DNA of 64,000 nt. Source: Lingula anatina (taxonomy: Eukaryota > Animalia > Brachiopoda). Both the position numbers and the translations under genes were made by a program. The notes below the pieces were generated by a model. The model saw only the letters and a list, made by a program, of their open reading frames with translations, was not told where the DNA came from and did not search any database. The stretch is taken from the NCBI GenBank assembly GCA_051362555.1, contig CM120640.1, positions 24,414,225 to 24,478,224 on the forward strand. Direction: 5' to 3'. Positions 35,401 to 49,600 of the stretch are shown one piece after another (within the stretch, counting starts at the first letter, position 1; every line of letters starts with the position of its first letter).

Positions 35401-38400
35401 AGAGTGACTTCGATGTCTGGGTGGGGTCACTCATCATTTTCTTTGTCCTGTAAAAAGAAATGAAAAACAAGATTAGATTTTTTCAATTTACCCATCCCAC
35501 AACCCCTAAAAAATAAAAATTACTAACCTTAGCTTGGATCCAGGAGTGAAGTCCATGTCCGGGTGGGGTCGCTCATCATCTTCTTTGTTCTGTAAAAAGA
35601 AATGAAAAACAAGATTATATTTCTTCAATATACACATCCCACCACCGCCAAAAAATAAAATTTACTCACCTTAGCTTAGATCCAAGAGTGACATCCATGT
35701 CGTGGTAGGGTCGCTCATCATCTTCTTTGTCCTGTAAAAAGAAATGAAAAACAAGATTAGATTTTTTCAATATACCCATCCCACCACCGCCAAAAAATAA
35801 AATTTACTAACCTGAGCTTAGATCCAAGAGTGAAGTCCATGTCCGAGTGAGGTCGCTCATCATCTTCTTTGTCCTGTAAAAAAAATGAAAAACAAGTTTA
35901 GATTTTTTTATTTTCCCATTCCACCACCCCCAAAAAATAAAATTTACTCACCTTAACTTGGTTCCAAGTGTGAAGTCCATGTCCAGGTGGGGTCGCTCAT
36001 CATCTTCCTGTGAAAAGAAATGAAAAACAAGATTAGATTTTTTCTATTTACTATCCCACCACCCCAAAAAAATAAAATTTACTAACCTTAGCTTGGTTCC
36101 AAGTGTGAAGTCCATGTCTGGGTGGGGTCCCTCATCATCTTCTTTGTCCTGAAAAAAGAAAAAAAAATATTAAATTTTTTTGCAATTTACCCATCTTAAA
36201 CTCCCCCCCCCCCAAAAAAAAAAATTTACTGACCTTAGCTTGGATTCAAGAGTGACTTCGATGTCTAGGTGGGGTCGCTCATCATCTCCTTTGTCCTGTA
36301 AAAAGAAATGAAAAATAAGATTAGATTTTTTCAATTTACCCATGTCCCATCCCAAAAAAATAAAATTTACTAACCTTAGCTTGAATCCAAGAGTGAAGTC
36401 CATATGTGGGTGGGGTCGCTCATCATCTTTGTCCTATAAAAAGAAATGAAAAACAAGATTAGATTTTTTCTATTTACTATCCCACCACCCCAAAAAAATA
36501 AAATTTACTAACCTTAGCTTGGTTCCAAGTGTGAAGTCCATGTCTGGGTGGGGTCGCTCATCATCTTCTTTGTCCTGTAAAAAGAAATGAAAAACAAGAT
36601 TAGATTTTTTCAATTTACCCATAATATCAACCCCCAAAAATACAATTTACTAACCTTAGCTTGGATCCAAGAGTGACTTCGATGTCTGGTTGGGGTCACT
36701 CATCATCTTCTTTGTCCTGTAAAAATAAATGAAAAACAAGATTAGATTTTTTCAATTTACCCATCCCACCACCCCAAAAAAATAAAATTTACTCACCTTA
36801 GCTTGGATCCAAGAGTGAAGTTCATGTCCGGGTGGGGTCGCTCATCATCTTCCTTGTCCTGTAAAAAGAAATGAAAAACAAAATTAGATTTTTTCAATTT
36901 ACCCATGTCACCACCCCCCAAAAAATAAAATTTACTAACCTTAGCTTGGATCCAAGAGTGACTTTGTTGTCTAGGTGGGGTCGCTCATCATCTTCTTTGT
37001 CCTGTAAAAAGAAATAAAAAACAAGATTAGATTTTTTGCAATTGACCCATCTTAAACCCCCCCCACCCAAAAAAAAAATTTACTGACCTTAGCTTGGATC
37101 CAGAGTGATTTCGATGTCTGGGAGGGGGTCGCTCATCATTTTCTTTGTCCTGTAAAAAGAAATGAAAAACAAGATTAGATTTTTTCAATTTACCCATCCC
37201 ACCACCCCCCAAAAATAAAAATTATTAACCTTAGCTTGGATCCCGGAGTCAAGTCCATGTCCGGGTGGGGTCGCTCATCATCTTCTTTGTCCTATAAAAA
37301 GAAATGAAAACAAGATTAGTTCAATTTACCCATGTCACCGCCCCCCAAAAAATAAAATTTACTAACCTTAGCTTGGATCCAAGAGCGACTTCGTTGTCTG
37401 GGTGGGGTCGCTTATCATCTTCTTTGTCCTGTAAAAAGAAATGAAAAACAAGATTAGATTTTTTCAATATATCCATCCCACCACCGCCAAAAAATAAAAT
37501 TTACTAACCTTAGCTTTGATCCAAGAGTGAAGTCCATGTCCGGGTGGGGTCCCTCATCATCTTCTTTGTCCTGTAAAAAGAAATGAAAAACAAGATTAGA
37601 TTTTTTGCAATTTACCCATCTTAAACCCCCCCCCCCCAAAAAAAAAAAAATTTACTGACCTTAGCTTGGATCCAGAGTGACTTCGATGTCTGGGTGGGGT
37701 CACTCATCATTTTCTTTGTCCTGTAAAAAGAAATGAAAAACAAGATTAGATTTTTTCAATTTACCCATCCCACAACCCCTAAAAAATAAAAATTACTAAC
37801 CTTAGCTTGGATCCAGGAGTGAAGTCCATGTCCGGGTGGGGTCGCTCATCATCTTCTTTGTTCTGTAAAAAGAAATGAAAAACAAGATTATATTTCTTCA
37901 ATATACACATCCCACCACCGCCAAAAAATAAAATTTACTCACCTTAGCTTAGATCCAAGAGTGACATCCATGTCGTGGTAGGGTCGCTCATCATCTTCTT
38001 TGTCCTGTAAAAAGAAATGAAAAACAAGATTAGATTTTTTCAATATACCCATCCCACCACCGCCAAAAAATAAAATTTACTAACCTGAGCTTAGATCCAA
38101 GAGTGAAGTCCATGTCCGAGTGAGGTCGCTCATCATCTTCTTTGTCCTGTAAAAAAAATGAAAAACAAGTTTAGATTTTTTTATTTTCCCATTCCACCAC
38201 CCCCAAAAAATAAAATTTACTCACCTTAACTTGGTTCCAAGTGTGAAGTCCATGTCCAGGTGGGGTCGCTCATCATCTTCCTGTGAAAAGAAATGAAAAA
38301 CAAGATTAGATTTTTTCTATTTACTATCCCACCACCCCAAAAAAATAAAATTTACTAACCTTAGCTTGGTTCCAAGTGTGAAGTCCATGTCTGGGTGGGG

Positions 38401-41400
38401 TCCCTCATCATCTTCTTTGTCCTGTAAAAAGAAAAAAAAATATTAAATTTTTTTGCAATTTACCCATCTTAAACTCCCCCCCCCCCAAAAAAAAAAATTT
38501 ACTGACCTTAGCTTGGATTCAAGAGTGACTTCGATGTCTAGGTGGGGTCGCTCATCATCTCCTTTGTCCTGTAAAAAGAAATGAAAAATAAGATTAGATT
38601 TTTTCAATTTACCCATGTCCCATCCCAAAAAAATAAAATTTACTAACCTTAGCTTGAATCCAAGAGTGAAGTCCATATGTGGGTGGGGTCGCTCATCATC
38701 TTTGTCCTATAAAAAGAAATGAAAAACAAGATTAGATTTTTTCTATTTACTATCCCACCACCCCAAAAAAATAAAATTTACTAACCTTAGCTTGGTTCCA
38801 AGTGTGAAGTCCATGTCTGGGTGGGGTCCCTCATCATCTTCTTTGTCCTGTAAAAAGAAAAAAAAATATTAAATTTTTTTGCAATTTACCCATCTTAAAC
38901 TCCCCCCCCCCCAAAAAATAAAATTTACTCACCTTAGCTTAGATCTAAGAGTGACATCCATGTCTGGGTGGGGTCGCTCATCATCTTCTTTGTCCTGTAA
39001 AAAGAAATGAAAAACAAGATTAGATTTTTTCTATTTACTATCCCACCACCTCAAAAAAATGAAATTTACTAACCTAAGCTTGGATCCAGGAGTGAAGTCC
39101 ATGTCCGGGTGGGGTCGCTCATCATCTTCTTTGTCCTGTAAAAAGAAATGAAAAACAAGATTAGATTTTTTCAATATACCCATCCCACCACCGCCAAAAA
39201 ATAAAATTTACTAACCTGAGCTTAGATCCAAGAGTGAAGTCCATGTCCGAGTGAGGTCGCTCATCATCTTCTTTGTCCTGTAAAAAAAATGAAAAACAAG
39301 TTTAGATTTTTTAATTTTCCCATTCCACCACCCCCAAAAAATAAAATTTACTCACCTTAACTTGGTTCCAAGTGTGAAGTCCATGTCCAGGTGGGGTCGC
39401 TCATCATCTTCCTGTGAAAAGAAATGAAAAACAAGATTAGATTTTTTCTATTTACTATCCCACCACCCCAAAAAAATAAAATTTACTAACCTTAGCTTGG
39501 TTCCAAGTGTGAAGTCCATGTCTGGGTGGGGTCCCTCATCATCTTCTTTGTCCTGTAAAAAGAAAAAAAAATATTAAATTTTTTTGCAATTTACCCATCT
39601 TAAACTCCCCCCCCCCCCAAAAAAAAAAATTTACTGACCTTAGCTTGGATTCAAGAGTGACTTCGATGTCTAGGTGGGGTCGCTCATCATCTCCTTTGTC
39701 CTGTAAAAAGAAATGAAAAATAAGATTAGATTTTTTCAATTTACCCATGTCCCATCCCAAAAAAATAAAATTTACTAACCTTAGCTTGAATCCAAGAGTG
39801 AAGTCCATATGTGGGTGGGGTCGCTCATCATCTTTGTCCTATAAAAAGAAATAAAAAACAAGATTAGATTTTTTTCAATTTACCAATCCCAACACCTCCA
39901 AAAAATAAAATTTACTCACCTTAGCTTAGATCTAAGAGTGACATCCATGTCTGGGTGGGGTCGCTCATCATCTTCTTTGTCCTGTAAAAAGAAATGAAAA
40001 ACAAGATAAGATTTTTTCAATATACCCATATCACCATCCCAAAAAAATAAAATTTACTAACCTTAGGTTGGATTCAAGAGTGACTTCGATGTCTGGGTGG
40101 GGTCGCTCATCATCTTCTTTGTCCTGTAAAAAGAAATGAAAAACAAGATTAGATTTTTTCTATTTACTATCCCACCACCTCAAAAAAATGAAATTTACTA
40201 ACCTAAGCTTGGATCCAGGAGTGAAGTCCATGTCCGGGTGGGGTCGCTCATCATCTTCTTTGTCCTGTAAAAAGAAATGAAAAACAAGATTAGATTTTTT
40301 CAATTTACCCATAACATCAACCCCCAAAAATAAAATTTACTAACCTTAGCTTGGATCCAAGAGTGACTTCGATGTATGGGTGGGGTCGCTCATCATCTTC
40401 TTTGTCCTGTAAAAAGAAATGAAAAACAAGATTAGATTTTTACCCATAACATCAATCCCCAAAAATAAAATTTACTGACCTTTCCTTAGATCCAAGTGTG
40501 ACTTCGATGTCTGGGTGGGATCGCTCATCATCTTCCTTGTCCTGATAAAAGAAATGAAAAACAAGATTTTTTCAATTGACCCATCTAACCCCCCTCCCCC
40601 TCCCCACCCCCCCTCCCCCCCCCCAAAAAAAATAATAATTTACTGACCTTTGCTTGGATCCAGAGTGACGTCGATGTCCGGGTGGGGTCGCTCATCATCT
40701 TCTTTCTCCTGTAAAAAGAAATGAAAAACAATATTAGATTTTTACAATTTACCCATAACATCAACACCCATAAAATAAAATTTACTAACCTTAGCTTGGA
40801 TCCAAGAGTGACTTCGATGTCCGGGTAGGGTCGCTCATCATCTTCTTTGTCCTGTAAAAAGAAATGAAAAACAAGATTAGATTTTTTCAATTTACCCATC
40901 CCATCACCTCAAAAAATAAAATTAACTAACCTTAGCTTGGATCCAAGAGTGTAGTCCATGTCCGGTTGGGGTCGCTCATCATCTTCTTTGTCCTGTAAAA
41001 AGAAATGAAAAACAAGATTAGATTTTTTCAATATACCAATCCCACCACCGCCAAAAAATAAAATTAACTAACCTTAGCTTGGATCCAAGAGTGTAGTCCA
41101 TGACCGGGTGGGGTCGCTCATCATCTTCTTTGTCCTGTAAAAAGAAATGAAAAACAAGATTAGATTTTTTTATTTTCCCATTCCACCCCCCCCCCCCCAA
41201 AAAAAAAAAAAAATTTACTCACCTTAGTTAGATCCAAGAGTGAAATCCATATGTGGGTGGGGTCGCTCATCATCTTCTTTGTCCTGTAAAAAGAAATGAA
41301 AAACAAGATTAGATTTTTTCAATATACCCATCCCACCACCGCCAAAAAATAAAATTTACTAACCTTAGCTTGGATCCAAAAGTGAAGTCCATGTCCGGGT

Positions 41401-43614
41401 GAGGTCGCTCATCATCTTCTTTGTCCTGTAAGAAAAAATGAAAAACAAGATTAGATTTTTTCAATATACCCATCCCACCACCGCCAAAAAATAAAATTTA
41501 CTAACCTTAGTTGGATCCAAGAGTGAGGTCCATGTCTGGGTGGGGTCGCTCATCATCTTCTTTGTCCTGTAAAAAGAAATGAAAAACAAGATTAGATTTT
41601 TTCTATTTACTATCCCACCACCCCAAAAAAATGAAATTTACTAACCTAAGCTTGGATCCAGGAGTGAAGTCCATGTCCGGGTGGGGTCGCTCATCATCTT
41701 CTTTGTCCTGTAAAAAGAAATGAAAAACAAGATTAGATTTTTTTATTTTCCCATTCCACCCCCCCCCCCAAAAAAATAAAATTTACTCACCTTAGTTAGA
41801 TCCAAGAGTGAAATCCATATGTGGGTGGGGTCGCTCATCATCTTCTTTGTCCTGTAAAAAGAAATGAAAAACAAGATTAGATTTTTTCAATATACCCATC
41901 CCACCACCGCCAAAAAATAAAATTTACTAACCTTGGCTTGGATCCAAAAGTGAAGTCCATGTCCGGGTGAGGTCGCTCATCATCTTCTTTGTCCTGTAAA
42001 AAAAAATGAAAAACAAGATTAGATTTTTTCAATATACCCATCCCACCACCGCCAAAAAATAAAATTTACTAACCTTAGTTGGATCCAAGAGTGAGGTCCA
42101 TGTCTGGGTGGGGTCGCTCATCATCTTCTTTGTCCTGTAAAAAGAAATGAAAAACAAGATTAGATTTTTTCTATTTACTATCCCACCACCCCAAAAAAAT
42201 GAAATTTACTAACCTAAGCTTGGATCCAGGAGTGAAGTCCATGTCCGGGTGGGGTCGCTCATCATCTTCTTTGTCCTGTAAAAAGAAATGAAAAACAAGA
42301 TTAGATTTTTTTATTTTCCCATTCCACCCTCCCCCCCCCAAAAAAAATAAAATTTACTCACCTTAGTTAGATCCAAGAGTGAAATCCATATGTGGGTGGG
42401 GTCGCTCATCATCTTCTTTGTCCTGTAAAAAGAAATGAAAATAAGATTAGATTTTTTCAATATACCCATCCCACCACCGCCAAAAAATAAAATTTACTAA
42501 CCTTAGCTTGGATCCAAGAGTGAAGTCCATGTCCGGGTGAGATCGCTCATCATCTTCTTTGTCCTGTAAAAAGAAATGAAAAACAAGATTAGATTTTTTC
42601 AATATACCCATCCCACCACCGCCAAAAAATAAAATTTACTAACCTTAGTTGGATCCAAGAGTGACTTCGATGTATGGGTGGGGTCGCTCATCATCTTCTT
42701 TGTCCTGTAAAAAGAAATGAAAAACAAGATTAGATTTTTTCAATTTACCCTTAACATCAACCCCCAAAAATAAAATTTACTAACCTTAGCTTGGATCCAA
42801 GAGTGAAGTCCATGTCCGGGTGGGGTCGCTCATCATCTTCTTTGTCCTGTAAAAAGAAATGAAAAACAAGATTAGATTTTTTCAATTTACCCATCCCATC
42901 ACCTCAATAAAATAAAATTTACTCACCTTAGCTTGGATCCAAGAGTGACATCCATATCAGGGTGAGGTCGCTCAGCATCTTCTTTGTACTGTAAAAAGAA
43001 ATGAAAAACAACATTAGATTTTTTCAATTTACCCATGTCACAATCCCCCCCAAAAAAATTTACTAACCTTAGCTTGGATCCAAGAGTGAAGTCCATGTCC
43101 GGTTGGGGTCGTTCATCATCTTCTTTGTCCTGTAAAAAGAAATGAAAAACAAGATTAGATTTTTTCAATATACCCATCCCACCACCGCCAAAAAATAAAA
43201 TTTACTAACCTTAGCTTGGATCCAAGAGTGAAGTCCATGTCCGGGTGAGGTCGCTCATCATCTTCTTTGTCCTGTAAAAAGAAATGAAAAACAAGATTAG
43301 ATTTTTTTATTTTCCCATTCCACCACCCCCAAAAAATAAAATTTACTCACCTTAGTTAGATCCAAGAGTGAAGTCCATATGTGGGTGGGGTCGCTCATCA
43401 TCTTCTTTGTCCTGTAAAAAGAAATAAAAAATTAAATTAGATTTTTTTCAATTTACCAATCCCAACACCTCCAAAAAATAAAATTTACTCACCTTAGTTT
43501 AGATCTAAGAGTGACATCCATGTCTGGGTGGGGTTGCTCATCATCTTCTTTGTCCTGTAAAAAGAAATAAAAAACAAGATTAGATTTTTTGCAATTTACA
43601 TATCCTAACCTCTC

Positions 43615-43645
<31 letters not shown>

Positions 43646-46600
43646 AAAAATTTACTGACCTTAGCTTGGATCCGAGAGTGACTTTCTTTGTCTGGGTGGG
43701 GTCGATCATCATTTTCTTTGTCCTGTAAAAAGAAATGAAAAACAAGATTAGATTTTTTTCTATTTACTATCCCACCACCCCCCAAAAAAATAAAATTTAC
43801 TAACCTAAGCTTGAATCCAGGAGTGAAGTCCATGTCCGGGTGGGGTCGCTCATCATCTTCTTTGTCCTGTAAAAAGAAATGAAAAACAAGATTAGATTTT
43901 TTCAATTTACCCATAATATCAACCCCCAAAAATACAATTTACTAACCTTAGCTTGGATCCAAGAGTGACTTCGATGTCTGGTTGGGGTCACTCATCATCT
44001 TCTTTGTCCTGTAAAAATAAATGAAAAACAAGATTAGATTTTTTCAATTTACCCATCCCACCACCCCAAAAAAATAAAATTTACTCACCTTAGCTTGGAT
44101 CCAAGAGTGAAGTTCATGTCCGGGTGGGGTCGCTCATCATCTTCCTTGTCCTGTAAAAAGAAATGAAAAACAAAATTAGATTTTTTCAATTTACCCATGT
44201 CACCACCCCCCAAAAAATAAAATTTACTAACCTTAGCTTGGATCCAAGAGTGACTTTGTTGTCTAGGTGGGGTCGCTCATCATCTTCTTTGTCCTGTAAA
44301 AAGAAATAAAAAACAAGATTAGATTTTTTGCAATTGACCCATCTTAAACCCCCCCCACCCAAAAAAAAAATTTACTGACCTTAGCTTGGATCCAGAGTGA
44401 TTTCGATGTCTGGGAGGGGGTCGCTCATCATTTTCTTTGTCCTGTAAAAAGAAATGAAAAACAAGATTAGATTTTTTCAATTTACCCATCCCACCACCCC
44501 CCAAAAATAAAAATTATTAACCTTAGCTTGGATCCCGGAGTCAAGTCCATGTCCGGGTGGGGTCGCTCATCATCTTCTTTGTCCTATAAAAAGAAATGAA
44601 AACAAGATTAGTTCAATTTACCCATGTCACCGCCCCCCAAAAAATAAAATTTACTAACCTTAGCTTGGATCCAAGAGCGACTTCGTTGTCTGGGTGGGGT
44701 CGCTTATCATCTTCTTTGTCCTGTAAAAAGAAATGAAAAACAAGATTAGATTTTTTCAATATATCCATCCCACCACCGCCAAAAAATAAAATTTACTAAC
44801 CTTAGCTTTGATCCAAGAGTGAAGTCCATGTCCGGGTGGGGTCCCTCATCATCTTCTTTGTCCTATAAAAAGAAATAAAAAACAAGATTATATTTTTTGC
44901 AATTTACCCATCTTAAACCCCCACCCCCCAAAAAAAAAAAAATTTACTGACCTTAGCTTGGATCCAGAGTGACTTCGATGTCTGGGTGGGGTCACTCATC
45001 ATTTTCTTTGTCCTGTAAAAAGAAATGAAAAACAAGATTAGATTTTTTCAATTTACCCATCCCACAACCCCTAAAAAATAAAAATTACTAACCTTAGCTT
45101 GGATCCAGGAGTGAAGTCCATGTCCGGGTGGGGTCGCTCATCATCTTCTTTGTTCTGTAAAAAGAAATGAAAAACAAGATTATATTTCTTCAATATACAC
45201 ATCCCACCACCGCCAAAAAATAAAATTTACTCACCTTAGCTTAGATCCAAGAGTGACATCCATGTCGTGGTAGGGTCGCTCATCATCTTCTTTGTCCTGT
45301 AAAAAGAAATGAAAAACAAGATTAGATTTTTTCAATATACCCATCCCACCACCGCCAAAAAATAAAATTTACTAACCTGAGCTTAGATCCAAGAGTGAAG
45401 TCCATGTCCGAGTGAGGTCGCTCATCATCTTCTTTGTCCTGTAAAAAAAATGAAAAACAAGTTTAGATTTTTTTATTTTCCCATTCCACCACCCCCAAAA
45501 AATAAAATTTACTCACCTTAACTTGGTTCCAAGTGTGAAGTCCATGTCCAGGTGGGGTCGCTCATCATCTTCCTGTGAAAAGAAATGAAAAACAAGATTA
45601 GATTTTTTCTATTTACTATCCCACCACCCCAAAAAAATAAAATTTACTAACCTTAGCTTGGTTCCAAGTGTGAAGTCCATGTCTGGGTGGGGTCCCTCAT
45701 CATCTTCTTTGTCCTGTAAAAAGAAAAAAAAATATTAAATTTTTTTGCAATTTACCCATCTTAAACTCCCCCCCCCCCCCCAAAAAAAAAAATTTACTGA
45801 CCTTAGCTTGGATTCAAGAGTGACTTCGATGTCTAGGTGGGGTCGCTCATCATCTCCTTTGTCCTGTAAAAAGAAATGAAAAATAAGATTAGATTTTTTC
45901 AATTTACCCATGTCCCATCCCAAAAAAATAAAATTTACTAACCTTAGCTTGAATCCAAGAGTGAAGTCCATATGTGGGTGGGGTCGCTCATCATCTTTGT
46001 CCTATAAAAAGAAATAAAAAACAAGATTAGATTTTTTTCAATTTACCAATCCCAACACCTCCAAAAAATAAAATTTACTCACCTTAGCTTAGATCTAAGA
46101 GTGACATCCATGTCTGGGTGGGGTCGCTCATCATCTTCTTTGTCCTGTAAAAAGAAATGAAAAACAAGATAAGATTTTTTCAATATACCCATATCACCAT
46201 CCCAAAAAAATAAAATTTACTAACCTTAGGTTGGATTCAAGAGTGACTTCGATGTCTGGGTGGGGTCGCTCATCATCTTCTTTGTCCTGTAAAAAGAAAT
46301 GAAAAACAAGATTAGATTTTTTCTATTTACTATCCCACCACCTCAAAAAAATGAAATTTACTAACCTAAGCTTGGATCCAGGAGTGAAGTCCATGTCCGG
46401 GTGGGGTCGCTCATCATCTTCTTTGTCCTGTAAAAAGAAATGAAAAACAAGATTAGATTTTTTCAATATACCCATCCCACCACCGCCAAAAAATAAAATT
46501 TACTAACCTGAGCTTAGATCCAAGAGTGAAGTCCATGTCCGAGTGAGGTCGCTCATCATCTTCTTTGTCCTGTAAAAAAAATGAAAAACAAGTTTAGATT

Positions 46601-49600
46601 TTTTTATTTTCCCATTCCACCACCCCCAAAAAATAAAATTTACTCACCTTAACTTGGTTCCAAGTGTGAAGTCCATGTCCAGGTGGGGTCGCTCATCATC
46701 TTCCTGTGAAAAGAAATGAAAAACAAGATTAGATTTTTTCTATTTACTATCCCACCACCCCAAAAAAATAAAATTTACTAACCTTAGCTTGGTTCCAAGT
46801 GTGAAGTCCATGTCTGGGTGGGGTCCCTCATCATCTTCTTTGTCCTGTAAAAAGAAAAAAAAATATTAAATTTTTTTGCAATTTAACCATCTTAAACTCC
46901 CCCCCCCCCCCAAAAAAAAAAAATTTACTGACCTTAGCTTGGATTCAAGAGTGACTTCGATGTCTAGGTGGGGTCGCTCATCATCTCCTTTGTCCTGTAA
47001 AAAGAAATGAAAAATAAGATTAGATTTTTTCAATTTACCCATGTCCCATCCCAAAAAAATAAAATTTACTAACCTTAGCTTGAATCCAAGAGTGAAGTCC
47101 ATATGTGGGTGGGGTCGCTCATCATCTTTGTCCTATAAAAAGAAATAAAAAACAAGATTAGATTTTTTTCAATTTACCAATCCCAACACCTCCAAAAAAT
47201 AAAATTTACTCACCTTAGCTTAGATCTAAGAGTGACATCCATGTCTGGGTGGGGTCGCTCATCATCTTCTTTGTCCTGTAAAAAGAAATGAAAAACAAGA
47301 TAAGATTTTTTCAATATACCCATATCACCATCCCAAAAAAATAAAATTTACTAACCTTAGGTTGGATTCAAGAGTGACTTCGATGTCTGGGTGGGGTCGC
47401 TCATCATCTTCTTTGTCCTGTAAAAAGAAATGAAAAACAAGATTAGATTTTTTCTATTTACTATCCCACCACCTCAAAAAAATGAAATTTACTAACCTAA
47501 GCTTGGATCCAGGAGTGAAGTCCATGTCCGGGTGGGGTCGCTCATCATCTTCTTTGTCCTGTAAAAAGAAATGAAAAACAAGATTAGATTTTTTCAATTT
47601 ACCCATAACATCAACCCCCAAAAATAAAATTTACTAACCTTAGCTTGGATCCAAGAGTGACTTCGATGTATGGGTGGGGTCGCTCATCATCTTCTTTGTC
47701 CTGTAAAAAGAAATGAAAAACAAGATTAGATTTTTACCCATAACATCAATCCCCAAAAATAAAATTTACTGACCTTTCCTTAGATCCAAGTGTGACTTCG
47801 ATGTCTGGGTGGGATCGCTCATCATCTTCCTTGTCCTGATAAAAGAAATGAAAAACAAGATTTTTTCAATTGACCCATCTAACCCCCCTCCCCCTCCCCA
47901 CCCCCCCTCCCCCCCCCAAAAAAAAATAATAATTTACTGACCTTTGCTTGGATCCAGAGTGACGTCGATGTCCGGGTGGGGTTGCTCATCATCTTCTTTC
48001 TCCTGTAAAAAGAAATGAAAAACAATATTAGATTTTTACAATTTACCCATAACATCAACACCCATAAAATAAAATTTACTAACCTTAGCTTGGATCCAAG
48101 AGTGACTTCGATGTCCGGGTAGGGTCGCTCATCATCTTCTTTGTCCTGTAAAAAGAAATGAAAAACAAGATTAGATTTTTTCAATTTACCCATCCCATCA
48201 CCTCAAAAAATAAAATTAACTAACCTTAGCTTGGATCCAAGAGTGTAGTCCATGTCCGGTTGGGGTCGCTCATCATCTTCTTTGTCCTGTAAAAAGAAAT
48301 GAAAAACAAGATTAGATTTTTTCAATATACCAATCCCACCACCGCCAAAAAATAAAATTAACTAACCTTAGCTTGGATCCAAGAGTGTAGTCCATGACCG
48401 GGTGGGGTCGCTCATCATCTTCTTTGTCCTGTAAAAAGAAATGAAAAACAAGATTAGATTTTTTCAATATACCCATCCCACCACCGCCAAAAAATAAAAT
48501 TTACTAACCTTAGCTTGGATCCAAAAGTGAAGTCCATGTCCGGGTGAGGTCGCTCATCATCTTCTTTGTCCTGTAAGAAAAAATGAAAAACAAGATTAGA
48601 TTTTTTCAATATACCCATCCCACCACCGCCAAAAAATAAAATTTACTAACCTTAGTTGGATCCAAGAGTGAGGTCCATGTCTGGGTGGGGTCGCTCATCA
48701 TCTTCTTTGTCCTGTAAAAAGAAATGAAAAACAAGATTAGATTTTTTCTATTTACTATCCCACCACCCCAAAAAAATGAAATTTACTAACCTAAGCTTGG
48801 ATCCAGGAGTGAAGTCCATGTCCGGGTGGGGTCGCTCATCATCTTCTTTGTCCTGTAAAAAGAAATGAAAAACAAGATTAGATTTTTTTATTTTCCCATT
48901 CCACCCCCCCCCCCCCCAAAAAAAATAAAATTTACTCACCTTAGTTAGATCCAAGAGTGAAATCCATATGTGGGTGGGGTCGCTCATCATCTTCTTTGTC
49001 CTGTAAAAAGAAATGAAAAACAAGATTAGATTTTTTCAATATACCCATCCCACCACCGCCAAAAAATAAAATTTACTAACCTTGGCTTGGATCCAAAAGT
49101 GAAGTCCATGTCCGGGTGAGGTCGCTCATCATCTTCTTTGTCCTGTAAAAAAATATGAAAAACAAGATTAGATTTTTTCAATATACCCATCCCACCACCG
49201 CCAAAAAATAAAATTTACTAACCTTAGTTGGATCCAAGAGTGAGGTCCATGTCTGGGTGGGGTCGCTCATCATCTTCTTTGTCCTGTAAAAAGAAATGAA
49301 AAACAAGATTAGATTTTTTCTATTTACTATCCCACCACCCCAAAAAAATGAAATTTACTAACCTAAGCTTGGATCCAGGAGTGAAGTCCATGTCCGGGTG
49401 GGGTCGCTCATCATCTTCTTTGTCCTGTAAAAAGAAATGAAAAACAAGATTAGATTTTTTTATTTTCCCATTCCACCCTCCCCCCCCCAAAAAAAATAAA
49501 ATTTACTCACCTTAGTTAGATCCAAGAGTGAAATCCATATGTGGGTGGGGTCGCTCATCATCTTCTTTGTCCTGTAAAAAGAAATGAAAATAAGATTAGA